In this document: positions 1-13,949 of the stretch, piece by piece
Layout: every line of letters starts with the position of its first letter
How positions within the stretch are numbered: the stretch's first letter is position 1
Assembly: GCA_010015585.1 (NCBI GenBank)
Contig: ML975151.1
Direction: 5' to 3' (one strand)
Length of the DNA stretch: 64,000 bases
DNA from: Eremomyces bilateralis CBS 781.70
Taxonomy: Eukaryota
Position numbers and translations under genes: made by a program
Notes under the pieces: model-generated
Told to the model about the DNA's origin: nothing
Databases searched by the model: none
The model's input: only the letters and a program-made list of their open reading frames with translations

Positions 1-847
1 ATTCGAACAGACTTCTATAGCAGTTGAACGGATAGAATGACTCTTGAGAACAGAAACCAATGCCTTCCAATCGTCTATCATTATGTAAGGAGAGATTGGT
101 GAACTTCGACTCGCTGAATCAATGTGGGCTCGAATTTGATTTAACCTCTTTCCACCCCAAAAGATCCACGACGGTGACATCAAGTCTTTCCCGCCATTCT
201 TAATGTAGCGATAGTATCACAATAGGACTAAAACTAAACGCTTAAGATGCAAATAGATAATTATACGGTACGGAAGCAGGAATTGAGAGGTTGGAATCTC
301 TCCCTCGGTCAGGACTCACGACTCGGAGGCGGAGGGAATTGGGATTGGCAGAAACCCGGCTCCGGACTCCAGATGCTTCATCTGCGGTATCCTAACCGTG
401 AGTGCCATTATGGAACGAGATGGACCCGGAACGGACCGTATTCGGCACAAGTGTAATTACACCGAAGGGTTAAGCGATCGAGTGGCTGTTGGCACTTGGC
501 AATTGGCATCCTGGCATGTGGGTGGAGGTTTGGATGGAAATCGGTCCACATCTGAAGTGGAGCGGGGAGGTCAATCACGTGAAAGTAATAAGTATGCCGT
601 ACATCACATGACTTTCCATGAGAATTGAGTATGGCCTCAGGCATTAAGGCATCTACACCACGTTGGAGGCGTTCGCTATTTGTGACTTCGTGAGCGTCCT
701 GTTGACGGTTTATTACTTCAGATCTGGATCGTTCACATGCAGATGGATATGTATTTTATAGTCTGTACCGTTAAGGTATGTACCAGTACTGATATCTCAT
801 CCTCTCGAGTTTAGGACCGTCCGAATACCGCCGTCAACGACCAGATC

Positions 848-1611
848 ATGTCCCTGGTTCTACCGTCATTCCCACTTCTTTCGAGTTCGGATTTCCAAGC
901 CGTATGCTCAACAGCAATCCATGAGTTGCAGTCAGGGAAATGGTTAACTCCTGCGGATTGGAACATCTCCAGATTGGAAAGCAACGACGGTAGTGGCCAA
1001 GGATTAATCGGTCTGCGTATCATTCGGGCACTGGACAACCCCGATCAGTTTGGACAAGATGCGGATAAGGATGATGATGAGCTTCTCGAGGAACACGATA
1101 CTGTGCGGTAACCCAGAAGCATAGCATGGCCGAGGACTAACAATATTCAGGAGAGACTTTCAATCTCAGTAGCAAGAGCACATCGATATCGGGTTTTTTA
1201 TGATATTATGCTTTCGCCATCTATGCAAATGCCCGTGGTTTGGTTTAGCATCCACCGCGCGAATGGAACCGCAGTCCCGCTCCAACGAGACGTTATAATA
1301 GATTCTCTCGTTCCAACCAACGTCCGTAGCGAGCTCACAACCCAGGGTGCTGGTCCACTCGGTGGCATATCGCAAGCGGTATGTCGATATCAGTTCCTCT
1401 GCCATGGACCTCACCCTTCCCTAACACAACAGCTGCCCAGATCCACCCTAACACGGGTTTCCCGGCGTGGTACATCCATCCCTGCGAGACTGCGAACGCT
1501 TTGAGAGAAGTTCGTGGAGATGTTGGATCCGTTCATACAGACGAGTATCTGCGCCTTTGGATGGGAGTGGTTGGACCAGCAGTCGGGCTCTACTGGCCGC
1601 AGCCAAGATGA
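848..1611 (+). CDS. ATG10: Atg10-like E2-like autophagy conjugating enzyme (3 exons)
   Basis: Spliced across introns ~1103-1150 and ~1379-1440. Contains YDIMLSPSMQMPVVWF, GGISQ and HPNTGFPAWYIHPCET with the HPC catalytic motif of the Atg3/Atg10 family. Short length favours Atg10. Confidence 0.8.
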
Positions 1612-1796
1612 CGCCGGTACCTGCCGTGCTTTCTGACCCCTATTTAGAGCTCGTGCTGCCAAACAGAGCATGTCGTTCGCCAAGAGTGAACTTGATATAT
1701 TGGTGCTGTTGAAGGAGGCGGCCTCATACGAAGCCTTTTGGAGCGAAGGCTGCGGCAGAATGTGGAGTGATGCCAATGTCCTCTACGAGTCGTCCA

Positions 1797-2459
1797 TTAA
1801 TCTTCATCGCTCATCTCCATCTCGCTCTCCTCATCCTCCATGGGGGCATCGCCATCTTCCTCGCCTTCGCTCTCATCCCGCGGCCTCTTCGTCCCAATCG
1901 CTGCCGGCGAAGCTTCCTTTGCGGGAGCTGCACCTCCGGTGGTGGTACCTGCTGATGGGAGACCTATAGGAGCAGTGAAAATAGAGGGTTGCGCAGCAGC
2001 TCCAGGAACGGTCGAGCCGGAGGGACCGGTGGATGGGATATTGAATGTGCCGTCGAGCTTAGAGATGGTATTCGACTTGGATTTTGCGTAAGATATTTTC
2101 TGCAAAATAACACATTAGCCTCCATTACGGCCAAAACGAGATGTATGATCATAGCTTACTAGTTCCATGCCGAAGAATTCCATGCCTTGAAGAGCTCGCA
2201 TGGCTTGTGTGCTTGATTGGATATCCTTGAAAACAACGTGTGCTTGCCCGCGCATCTTCATGGTCTTGAGCGCGACGACATCCAGAACCGATCCATATGT
2301 AGAGAAGAGGAGGTAGAGCGCCCGCCTGAGGTCCTGCTTTTGGATCTTGTTGGGCAGATTCCTGCAATAGAGCCTTGAGCACACAGCGCTTTAGTTTGAA
2401 GTCCAGACGATGCGATGGTTTCCTTACGTTTGATTGGGGACAATGGTTTGAGCCGACAT
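1797..2459 (-). CDS. U1A/U2B''-family snRNP protein with a single RRM (3 exons)
   Basis: MSAQTIVPNQT|LYCRNLPNKIQKQDLRRALYLLFSTYG...KMRGQAHVVF...|KISYAKSKS is the U1A/U2B'' N-terminal RRM signature. Confidence 0.88.
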
Positions 2460-2779
2460 GACGATTGCTGATAATTCGAGAAGGCTTGCCGACTGAGTAT
2501 CGATATAGGCGAAGGCGAGAGGATGAATGGACTTATGACTGGAAAGCTTTCAATTTTCAGAGCTGTGTAATAATGGCAAGTTGGTGATTTGCAGTGACCA
2601 GTGCTGGAGCAAAACGATATCACTCCAGGCAGGGGTCCATTCCCTCCCTCGCTTCCAACCTCCCCGCCATCATCAAGACATCCGCCCTTCAACTCCCTCG
2701 ATCTCCACGCTTCCAACCCACACTCCCACAACAACCAGACAGTAGTAGAGAGCTCCTCCTCTGTCTGCCGCATCTCACA

Positions 2780-4034
2780 ATGGCCCCCGAAGTACATCAT
2801 CTGTTCCACCGTCCCATCGCGGACCATTCCTTCTCCGCAGACCGTCAAACATTGGCCGTGACTCGGGACAGCGCCATCGAACTGTACCAACGGTCTGGAA
2901 ACAAATACGTTCTTCAAGATGAGCTGAAGGGCCATGACAAGACCGTCACGGGTGTAGACATCGCGCCCAATAGCGGCCGGATTGTGACGTGTGCTCAAGG
3001 TTGGTTCTACGGTCTTGCTTACTTCGGACCTACGTCTAACCTGTCCCCAAAACAGACCGAAATGCCTACGTCTGGGAACCTTCGCCCACCGGCTGGACAC
3101 CTACGCTTGTCCTCCTTCGCCTCCACCGTGCTGCCACCACCGTCCGATGGTCCCCAAGCGAGACCAAGTTCGCCGCCGGCTCCGGTGCCCGCATCATCGC
3201 CGTCTGCCACTTCGAAGCCGAGGACAACTGGTGGGTGTCGAAGCACCTCAAGAAGCCGATTCGCTCCACCGTCACCTCCGTTGCGTGGCATCCGAACAGC
3301 GTACTCTTGGCCGCCGGAAGTGCGGACGGGCATGCAAGGGTGTTTTCCGGGTTTGTGAAAGGCGTCGATGAGAGACCGGCGCCGGGAGTGTGGGGCGAGA
3401 GGCTGCCGTTTGGGACGGTCTGTGGGGAGTATCTGAACAATAGTGCAGGGTGGGTGCATGGCGTGTCGTTTAGCCCGAGCGGTGATGCATTGGCATTTGT
3501 TGCACACGATAGCACCGTGACGGTGGTCTATCCGAGTGGTCCGGATCAAGCCCCAAGGGCCGTCATTAGCTTGACTACCCAGTTGCTACCGTTCATGAGC
3601 CTCGTGTGGAAGACTGAGGATGAAATTCTTGCGGCTGGATATGTAAGGATATTCTTCTAGATCCGTTGTGATCATCGCTAATCAGAGCTGCAGGATTGCG
3701 AGGTGTATCGTCTTCAAGGATCGGAGTCAGGCTGGTCACTTGTGGGATCATTCGAGCAGAGTGGACGGCCCGGAATGCAGGCCCAGCCGGAAGAGTCGGC
3801 CCTCAATATGTTCCGACAGATGGACCTGAGAGGCAAAGTCAAGGATGATACCCAGCTCAAGACGGTTCACCAGAACACCATCACGATGATGAGACAGTAT
3901 GATGGTGCCCCAGGCGCCTTAACGAAGTTTAGCAGTAAGTGACTTACATCGAGGTTCCAAATTTTGCCTCAAATATCTAACTGTCTTTCACAGCTAGCGG
4001 TGTGGATGGTCGGGTTGTAGTCTGGTCAGCATAG
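2780..4034 (+). CDS. ARPC1: Arp2/3 complex subunit ARPC1 (Arc40/Sop2), WD40 protein (4 exons)
   Basis: LKGHDKTVTGVDIAPNSGRIVTCAQ, WWVSKHLKKPIRSTVTSVAWHPNSVLLAAGS, HQNTIT and terminal SGVDGRVVVWSA. GT-AG introns near 3000, 3643 and 3936. Confidence 0.93.
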
Positions 4035-4453
4035 ACGGCATCTGATGTAGACATACCCTCATCTGCCTGTATTTTGGTCCCAATAACGAATAAAGTATAT
4101 TCCGATACCACTTCATGTCTTAATACGCCGAGTAATCCAATAAATGCGACCATACTGTGGATCCTGATTCTGGGCCGCTCCAGCGAACAATTGGGAACAT
4201 CTGTGCTATCGAGGTGGTTGGCAACATTCCATGGTGAACCCAGCATGAATCGAACAATCCCCAAGCGAATGCCTCCGTGGAGAATTTGAAGTTATATTGA
4301 ATGTCGTGAGTCAGTCTTAGAATCCATTCTTTGACCTTCCAATATTCTATCGCAGCCCTTAGAATCTTTACAGACCGTCCTCGGCTTGCATATGAACGAC
4401 AGGAATCACCATGGTCGCATCAGGGTCCCCCGTTATCCCCCCGCTCACTCCTT

Positions 4454-5689
4454 CTACTGTGGGATGAAAGTAGGCGGGGAACTGGTCTCCGATGTGGATG
4501 CAGGGACTGGCGACGACATTACTGCGCCGGCAGCGATAGGCGAGGCGATGTATTGTGTCGAATTCGCCGTCGATGGACACGATGGGACGGCCCAGCTCGG
4601 CTCTGGCCGGTCGATCGGGAAGCACCCGCCATACCATCGGCCGCAGGAGTTAACGTAGTCGATACAGAGCGTGGCTGCCGTCGAGGAAATGGACAAAGGC
4701 GTAGTCGTAGGGGTCGGCGGACAGGTAGGGGTCGTCCACGATGGCTCTGGTTCAGTGGCCGGATAACATCCACCATATGTCCTACGACCTTCGCAGGCGA
4801 GACGGTCCACGCAAATCATTTCGTCAGCTCTTGGGGTCGTAGTGGTTGACGGGCAGGTAGGGATAGTCCACGATGGCTCCGGTTCAGTGGCCGGATAACA
4901 TCCGCCGTAGGTCNNNNNNNNNNNNNNNNNNNNNNNNNNNNNNNNNNNNNNNNNNNNNNNNNNNNNNNNNNNNNNNNNNNNNNNNNNNNNNNNNNNNNNN
5001 NNNNNNNNNNNNNNNNNNNNNNNNNNNNNNNNNNNNNNNNNNNNNNNNNNNNNNNNNNNNNNNNNNNNNNNNNNNNNNNNNNNNNNNNNNNNNNNNNNNN
5101 NNNNNNNNNNNNNNNNNNNNNNNNNNNNNNNNNNNNNNNNNNNNNNNNNNNNNNNNNNNNNNNNNNNNNNNNNNNNNNNNNNNNNNNNNNNNNNNNNNNN
5201 NNNNNNNNNNNNNNNNNNNNNNNNNNNNNNNNNNNNNNNNNNNNNNNNNNNNNNNNNNNNNNNNNNNNNNNNNNNNNNNNNNNNNNNNNNNNNCCTTCGC
5301 AGGCAAGATGGTCCACGCAAATCGTTTCGTCAGCTCTTGGAGTCGTCGTAATAATGGGAGGACTAGGTGCGCATGATGGAGCAGGGATATTGTCTACAAA
5401 ACTGCCCGAGAAGGTATTGTAGCACCTAATAGTGGAAATTAGCACCAATCTTTCCTTGAACCTTTCTGAATGGACAGGATGGATGGTCACTGTGCTTTTC
5501 ATCCACTAAAGGGACATTTTAGAAGGATAACTATTGTACACTCACTTACCCGCGATATACGTCACTGTTCCCATTTGCCGATGTGGTGCAATCAAGATTC
5601 GGCGAGCATTCTGCGCGGAAAGGAGGTGCAGATTCCACTAACAGAGCCGATGACGACAAAACAACGAGAAACATAAGATGCCACGACAT
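4454..5689 (-). CDS. Secreted Cys-rich tandem-repeat protein, interrupted by the assembly gap
   Basis: Exon 1 reads MSWHLMFLVVLSSSALLVESAPP (signal peptide). Intron ~5549-5426 joins ...VYRG|CYN. Repeated ICVDxLACEGRRTYGGCYPATEPEPSWTxPTCP units are followed by an S/T/P-rich tail. Confidence 0.65.
4914..5293. other. Assembly gap (N run) inside a 132-bp tandem repeat
   Basis: Run of N. Both flanks match the same repeat unit. Confidence 0.95.
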
Positions 5690-7144
5690 TGGGATAGTGT
5701 TGAATCCCAGAGCATAGAGCAATTCGAATCGATATAACTCCGGGAAAAAATGCCGTGTTGCAACGTGAGAATTGATCTTCTTGTTTTAGACGCTGGGTCA
5801 GCGAGGAAAATATATGTTTCAATCAGTCGCGACGGCGTCACACGGTCCCGTACGTGCTAGATATTTCCTTGAGGAAGTAAGAACTGGTGAGCAATCCGTC
5901 AATTGGAAAGGTTTTCAAAGGAGGAATGCCCAATATTATCAGTCTGGATTAGACCTCCGTGCCAGTCTCAGCCCTATTTACCAGCGGCACAAAGCAGAAC
6001 TAACGCCGTCCTCTTAAATTAGAAATCAAGCTCAACACGGACCGAAACAAGATCATCAGAATATGGCATTAACACTAATTGAAATCGTCGAGCAGACCCG
6101 AGGCGCTGGGAGCCACACGATATCGGGAACGGAAACGGTACGGTTGAAATTATTGATTTGACACTGTGAGACCACGATTTCGGATGGGAAGGCAAGGGAC
6201 AAGATGAGAAGACATTAGTGGCCGCTCGATATGAACCCAATCAATGAGTTCATCAGCTGGTACATCCGTACTGTATGGCAATATCAATAGAGTTGGTAAA
6301 TATAGCTTCAGCTAGGTGCCAGAGCTTAGCTACTTTGGTTCATGATGAGCAGGACATCAGTGGTAGCTCTGACGAGGGGTGTCTCCCCGGAAAAATTAAA
6401 CATTACGTGAACAAGGTATTCGGCCTCGTTAGGTACATGCTATACGTACTGCTAGTACATACTGTAGCAGACGGACAAGACTGCTGTTATGAATGGTGTA
6501 TCAGGTATTAATTAGGACGAAGAGGAAGCCCTGGGTTAGGAATCCTTCAGTTCTACTCTAATTGATTGGTGGATTGGTGGATTGGACCAATCGTTTTCAA
6601 CGACCGATGATTCCGACACATACCCATTCACACTTGAGAGTATGTAAAAGCGAACCTCTCAGTGGGCAAGTTCGCCCTTCCAAGTACTTTATATCCAAGT
6701 ACTGTGAATGGAGGTACTAAAAATACCACTTACTAAATACTAAGTACGTATCGTACACCAATAAGTTACCAGATTGTTCGGGTCCCCCATCCTTCCGCTC
6801 GAGCATCGCAATTCGTCATGAATCTCGAGCCTACAATGTCAAGAACTGAGAAGGTACCATCTCCGCTGGGGATCACTCATATGTTGCGGTAGAATTGGAG
6901 GCAGTGCGTTTTCCCGAATCGGGTCATTCATGCCTCTGTTGTTGTGTTGTTGCCTCTACTAATACTAATCTGATGATGATGGGTTAACTCACTCTACTAA
7001 GTTTCATAATCTAATTTGGCTCTTCCGTTTCATTCGACTACCGGCACTATCATTCCCCCAGATCCTCTAGCCTTTCTCCCCTCAATCGGATTTGTTCCGC
7101 TGGAAAATTACCTCCTTCAGAATTACCACAATCGAGTCGTCATC

Positions 7145-7945
7145 ATGAGTCCAATGTCTTTCCGCATGATATCCCTCGCTCTCCTCTCTCTTGTCTCCTT
7201 TGCCCTCACAGCTCCTACTTCATGCGCACCTGGACAGCTATGCGACAACGGTATAACGGTCTTCAAACTGGTGACTATTCGAGAGTGAGCATGGTTTTTT
7301 GGACTATCGACTCACGCTTCTGCTCACGGCCTTCTAGTGACATGCCCGAACTCCACAACAAGGCCCTCACAGCTTTCAACTCCACTCTGGGCATCTTTCC
7401 CAGACAAACCAACACCGAGGCCATCCCCGGTGCATACGGCATCTATATCCCACCTCGTACCGCCGAGTTCCAGCCCGATTCCACCTATGGGCCCGCGCGG
7501 CTGTCCGCCTGGCCATTTGGCATTGTCGGTCACCAGCTTGCTTTGGTAGGCCGCAACGATTCGCCAGGACTGTACACAATGAAAGACACGTTGTCACTGG
7601 AAGAGCGAAATCCGCCAGGGGATGAGGTGCGGATGACGGATGGCTGGGTAGTCGGCGAGGACGGACTGCTTGGATATGCGATGCCGCCCTCCACAGGATC
7701 GACCGAACGGGCAGGATGGTTCGCATTCCCCGTGGATGTCAGGCCAGGTGCGCCCAAAAAGGGTGACTGGGCGATCAAGTGGTATGAACGTAAGTACACT
7801 CTGACTGCCCTGCCTCCTTTCGTGAAGCCGGTGTAATAGAAGGGAAATGCTTACAAATGGATCAGCGGATTTGGCCGTCGTTATCCAAATCGGACAGCGT
7901 GTTGAAATCCAGGTAGTGGCGGATGAGGACCAGAGGTGGGGGTGA
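7145..7945 (+). CDS. Hypothetical secreted protein (3 exons)
   Basis: Signal peptide MSPMSFRMISLALLSLVSFALTAP. Introns ~7284-7337 and ~7790-7865 give a continuous frame ending DQRWG*. Confidence 0.6.
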
Positions 7946-8297
7946 TATGGATGACTATTGTTGCGACCCTCGCAGAATGGCCATCGGCAATGGTCATCAG
8001 CACGGAAATGTTTACCAGTTCCAAGCGGGGCAGTTATGATCCGCAGATACAACTAAACGAAGACTTTCCAAAGTAAAGAAGAATATGATTTGGCACATTC
8101 ATGTGACACGGAACTATCAAGTTGCTTTCCAGAAATTCATCGAGTGAAGTGGATTCGTGAGAAACACCTAATATCGTAGTATATTCATGTAACCTTGCGG
8201 CAATAACCAATCTTTTCCGGCCACAACTACTCCGTTTCAGGTTGCCAAAATATCTCGTAAATAAAAAAGAGTTGCCAAAGACAAGGTCGATGTGAAA

Positions 8298-10075
8298 TCA
8301 GGCCGCACCACCAGCGCTCACTTTGCGCCCCTTTAAGGATGTTCTATCGAAGACCACCATTGAGAGTGCAACCACCGCACTACAGGCTGCCAAACCAATG
8401 CCCATGTAGAAGTCGTCCGTCAAGCCAGCCATGTAAGCGCGAATAACGCCTGCCAATGCCTCTCCATCCCATAGTATATCCAATTCGGTCGCACCGGTGG
8501 CGACCACCAAGGCGGGATCGACGCCGGGAGCATACTTCGGCACCGTGGCCAACAGCTTATTGGCGAATAAGCTCTGACTAACGGACAAGAAGATGGAACC
8601 CGAGAGCGCTTGGAAGAAAATGATCATCGCCGTGACTGATGAGACATCGGACGGCTCAACGACTGCTTGACTCACAATGATGGGCACTTGGATGTTGAGA
8701 CCCAAACCTATGCCGGCAAGGACCTGGTAACCAATCCATTGGGGACTCGGTGAGTGGACTCCCAGAGTAGATATTGTTGCAAGACCTGCGGTGGCAAGGA
8801 TGGAGCCGAGAACAATAATGGGGAGAAAATGTTGGGTTTTGGAGATGACGACTCCAGAGACGACGGTGAACAGCGAAACAGCCAGGATGAAAGGGATGTT
8901 GCGGACGCCAGAGTCAGAAGCCGAGACACCGCTGACAGTTTGGAAGTAGATGGGGAGGTAGTAAAGAATCGTCATGAAGACCCCGAAGGATAAAGCGGTA
9001 AAGAGAGCCATGAACGCAATGGTCTTTTTCCGGAGAAGACGGGGAACGAGAAGCGCCCGTTCATCGAGCCAAATTTCGAGAGCGATGAAAACCACAAGGA
9101 GGACGCCGAAACCGACGAGTGTACCGATAACATCGCGGTGTGACCACGCCTTGGTCACACCACCCCATTGAAGGGCAAGGATGAGACAGATGATTGTGCA
9201 CAGGAGCAACGCGGTTCCTAAGGGATCCATCTGTAGAATCTTCTCCTTTAAGGGGGCTTTCTGTGGTTGGGCAGCCTTGGGAGTTTGAAAGGTGAAAAAG
9301 ATTATGGCGACGGATATAGCTCCCACAGGGAGATTGATATAGAAACACCAGCGCCTAGTGTATTTGTTAGATGAAATTGGCAGGCAATGGAAGGCTAATC
9401 AAAATCGTACCATGAAACATGTTCGGTGAGAGCACCGCCCATGAGCGGGCCAACGACGGAAGCGATCCCATAGACAGCGCCCAAGACGCCGGTGAGAGCA
9501 GCAGCTTGCCGCGGAGGTGCCGAAAATCCGATGATGGTATATGATCCTGCACCGATGCCGGCACCCCCCAACCCTGCAATTGCGCGGCCCACGATGAGGG
9601 TTTTGCTGTCCTGAGCCACCGCACAGATCAGACTGCCGACTTCAAAGAGGAAGATGGCGGTCAAGTATGCCCATTTCAGGGGAAAGTATTTATACGTCTT
9701 TCCCCAGGTGGACTGAAACGCGGCCATGGTGATAAAGAAAGCCGAGCCGTACCAGCCGACGTCGTCTAAGCTCTTGAATTGATCCGTGATGCGGGGAATG
9801 GCCGTTGCGATGATCGTCATGTCGAGTGACATGAGGAAAATGGCGAGGGAGGTGGCAAGCAGGAGGGATGCGAGCTTCCATGCGTGAGGATATTCGTCAT
9901 TCTCAACGGGCTCCAAATCCTTGGCGGGTTCGTCGGTAGAAATCTGTTCATGTTCGCTTTCTAGACTCCTCTTTTCATCCATGATGCTATAAGCCGGAGT
10001 AGATGCCTCGGTGGCATTCTTGTCTAGCCCGCCTGAAAGGGGCTTTTCCGGATCTGTTCTCGGCTCCTCGGCCAT
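8298..10075 (-). CDS. MFS drug:H+ antiporter (DHA2, AflT/toxin-efflux type, 14-TM family)
   Basis: [53 protein letters not shown] and many hydrophobic segments. One intron ~9410-9355. Confidence 0.92.
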
Positions 10076-11923
10076 TGCGATGGACCTTCCTGTCAAAAAA
10101 CCGACGATGTTAGACTTGGGATAGGAAATGGAGATATATTCGAACAAAGGCGGAAAAGGATAAGAATTGTTTGAAGGGAAGGGCGATTAGGGTCCAGGTA
10201 TGGCTCACCGAGCCAGAAGTTAAAGACTATGATGGAAGAATAAGGGGAATATAAGAAGGGCTGTGCAAATCTAAGTGAGATAAAAGCTGATATCGTGTCG
10301 TCCTCTGGTCAATATATACTTCACCAGCACGAGTATCCCAGGGGGGCACATCCTCGAAGACATGCTCCATACCTGAATGATTTCATATTACTCATAATCC
10401 TAAGGCATGTCGGCGTCCGGACGAAAAGCTCATGCGGAAACGCTGAGAAACCCATGCTAAAAATGATACAATAATGAATCATTTCAGCATTAAGATTCAA
10501 GAGTGGGCATTAGCATTCGCGATGGAACGATGTGCAGGGGGGAGGGCTGTACGCTGGACATAGTAGGCAGAAATATAGAAAGTCGGACAGACGGTGTCCA
10601 TGTATCCACAGTGGGCTTGGGCTTAACGTTAGGGCCTGTAGTACCATATCGCTATTTCCGACATTCACCGGTGATCTGTCATCCTACAGCTGACTCACAT
10701 CTGATGGACGATGGAGATAACGGCCGAAAAGGAGCAGCAGACTGCAGCAGAAGCGACGTGGACCATAATACAGGGAGCTGAACCTTGAGGAGATATTAGG
10801 GAGATAGAGAAGAATGGTGGAGATAAAGGAAATATCGGTTGTTACTTGCTAGAGAGGAGAGAGTTGCTCGTCCGGCGGTGCGAGAAGGTACATACGTACT
10901 GTAGTCTCTAGGGCTGAGAACAGGGGGCAGCCGTTACAAAGTCCGGTCCGGACGAGTCGACGGAATGCAACCTGATTGGCCACCTGCCCTTCACTTCAAC
11001 ACTTGTCAAGCTCTCCTCTTTTCGTCCGGCTGTATACTCTGGAACGATAAATGAGGATTCATTCACGCTGTGAAGCCTCGAGTCTAGAATCTACGGATAT
11101 AATTTTTCTCTGCTTGTGGCGCGGTGGAGCCACGGAGTCCGTTCAGCTGTCTCAGAATTCAGTCCACGGTTTGTTGTCGGGTTGAGTGCTCTTGGCGTGA
11201 TATTAGGAAGTGGTACTCAATATTAATGTGCAGTGGGAATAAATGGAAGAAGCCAAGAAGGTCATAACGACACCGCCTGGGGGTAACATAACCATATCCA
11301 TGGATTGTAGTGGCTGAACTTGAAAAGTAAAAAAGCCTCCTTCGATCTTAGATGACGTGATCCTGAGAGAAATATCGTTTTGTGACTGGCCGATCTCTCA
11401 TCTTTCTCATAAAGACCTCGAGACCGCTCTGATTTTACTTGTCACATTTGACGTTAAAGTTTATTGACTACTAGATTCCGTACTTATGATCTGATCCTTT
11501 GTGTTCGAGGTTCGAGATAGGATGGGTTGACTGAGAGTCCAGCGCCGCTCACACAGGCGCAACACCTCAAAGAGTCTCCATCAGTGTCCAGTGATGATGC
11601 TGTTGATAACAGACAACGTTACCGTTTGGTTAAAAGTTCAACCGAATTCCAATTCGCACCAAAAATGCCTTCCGTTTCGGCCTTGAACTTTTGCAGCCTC
11701 CTATCCCGAGTTCCCGATAGCATCCCGGTCGGCCGGCTTCCACGCCGAACCCCTCCTGCTATCTACTCCTCCACCACATTGGATCGACGCGATAGGCGAT
11801 AAGGTAACTGCTACGCGCCACAGCGTAAATGAAGCGGTTGAGTATCTTTTTGTGTGTTTCTCGTTTCTGGACCATTCGCCATACAAGTAGGCGACCATCT
11901 CAAATCTCAATAAGTCGGTAGCA

Positions 11924-13949
11924 ATGGCCCCTCTATGGCGCGCGATAACGTCCTACTTGCTCACCTCTCAGGCCACATTGGGCTCACCTACTCCAGGCGG
12001 TCTATATGAGAAGCAACCTGGTGGCCGCAGTGAGCGGGACGTGACCCTTTCGGGACGCTCAAATCATGGCGCTGTGGCTTCGGAGTCGGATCTTTGCTCT
12101 AAGATTGGAATCGATATCCTCAACCGTCACGGCAATGCGGCGGACGCGTTGGTTGGGACGGTTTTCTGCGTCGGAGTAGTCGGGGTAGGTTCAAGCTTAT
12201 TCGACCAAATGGCCGACAGGTTAGAGAATCCGCGGAACGGTGACTGACCTTGATCTTCCCAGATGCACCATTCAGGTATCGGAGGGGGCGGTTTTATGCT
12301 GGTTCGAGAACCATCTGGCAGACATACGGCGATCGACTTCCGGGAAACAGCTCCTGCCGCCGCGTTCGAGGAGATGTATAGTAAGAACATCAACCTCTCG
12401 ATGACGGGCGGTCTCGCTTCAGGCGTTCCCGGGGATGTGGCAGGGCTTTGGGAGCTGCATTCACGACACGGGAAACTTCCGTGGAAGCAGGTCGTTCGCC
12501 CAGCCGCAAAGGTGGCTACAGAAGGGTGGCTCGTGAATGAGGATCTTGTCTCATACATGAACTCTGCGGCAGGAACCAACAGAACCGGCGGGTTCTTTGT
12601 CACGGATCCTCAATGGGCTGTCGACTTTGCGCCCAATGGAACCAGGCTCGGGTTGGGAGATACGATCACCCGCAAAAGATATGGGAAGACTTTGCATAAG
12701 ATTGCAAAGTATGGACCGAAGGCATTCTATGAGGGAGAAGACGCAGAAGCAATGATCAGGGCTCTACAGGCGCAAAACGGAACCATGACTATGGACGATT
12801 TGAAAAGCTATACAGTTGCCGTAAGGAAACCCTTGGAGATCATCTATCGAGGATATACGATGAGAAGTTGCCCTGCGCCTGCAAGTGGGGCGGTTGCTTT
12901 ATCAGTTCTGAAAATCATCGAGGGCTTTGAGGACGTTGGAAAGCCCGAAGCGGCGAATATCAGTACCCATCGATTAGATGAGGCTATGAGATGGGCATAT
13001 GCCCAGGTATGGATTAACGATTTACAACTAAACCCGTCGAGCATAACAACTAAACCCCTTAGCGTTCGGAACTCGGTGATCCGGCGTATCAGTCCAACAT
13101 CAGCGCATTCGAACACAGAATGATCGATGAACAAACGGCAGTTGAGATGCGGGCGAAGATCCTCGATTATTCCCAAAATGTCTCGTACTACAACCCTCAA
13201 GGTCTTGAGGTCCTTGAGACCCACGGGACATCGCATATAGTTGTGGCTGACAGGGACGGGATGGCCATCACCCTAACCACGACCGTCAATCTTCTGTTCG
13301 GTAGCCAGTTGGTGGTTCCGGAGACAGGAGTTGTCATGAACAACGAAATGTAGGACCCGCCCAGATCTCTGAGGAATGAATCGAGGCTAACAAAACCAGG
13401 AATGACTTCTCCGTCCCCGGAAAGTCGAACCAGTTTGGATATGTTCCTTCGCCCGCCAATTTTGTCCGCCCTGGGAAACGGCCGCTGTCGAGTATCAGTC
13501 CAACTATTGTGGAGAATCCCGACGGGTCACTGTACTTCGTGACGGGAGCTGCTGGAGGGTAAGTCACTGGTTTGGTTTGGGTTGCAGTATCTGACAGTGA
13601 ACAAGATCTCGTATTATCACCGGAACCATTCTGTCCATTTGGAACGTCCTAGACAAAGGCATGACGGTGTTTGAAGCCCTCAAAGAGCCTCGTTTCCATG
13701 ACCAACTCCAGCCCAACGTGGTACAATTCGAGTACGATTTTAACAATGAAACAACAGAGTTCATGTCGTCTAGGTACGTGAGAGCGATCTCTATCCCTTT
13801 TCACAACTAACCATGTCCATAGGGACCACAATGTCACTTTTATGGCGCCGGGCTCCTCCGCTGTTCAGGCCCTTCGTATCTTGCCCAATGGGACTTACGA
13901 AGCCGCCGGCGAAACGCGGCAGAAGAACTCAGGGGGTTTCGCTTTCTAA
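11924..13949 (+). CDS. Gamma-glutamyltranspeptidase
   Basis: GAVASE, GNAADA, HSGIGGGGFML, DFRETAP, GVPG, catalytic HGTSH, TTTVNLLFGS, NNEM|NDFS and PGKRPLSS. Several introns. Confidence 0.93.

Noticed and set aside
2258..3549. Long antisense and alternate-frame ORFs over ARPC1 and U1A/U2B''
   Set aside because: They are explained by GC-rich codon bias in the real genes.
8298..13949. MFS + GGT pair as UstT/UstH-like members of the RiPP cluster
   Set aside because: They lie more than 25 kb from the DUF3328 genes, with many housekeeping genes in between, and both families are common. A trans role is not excluded.
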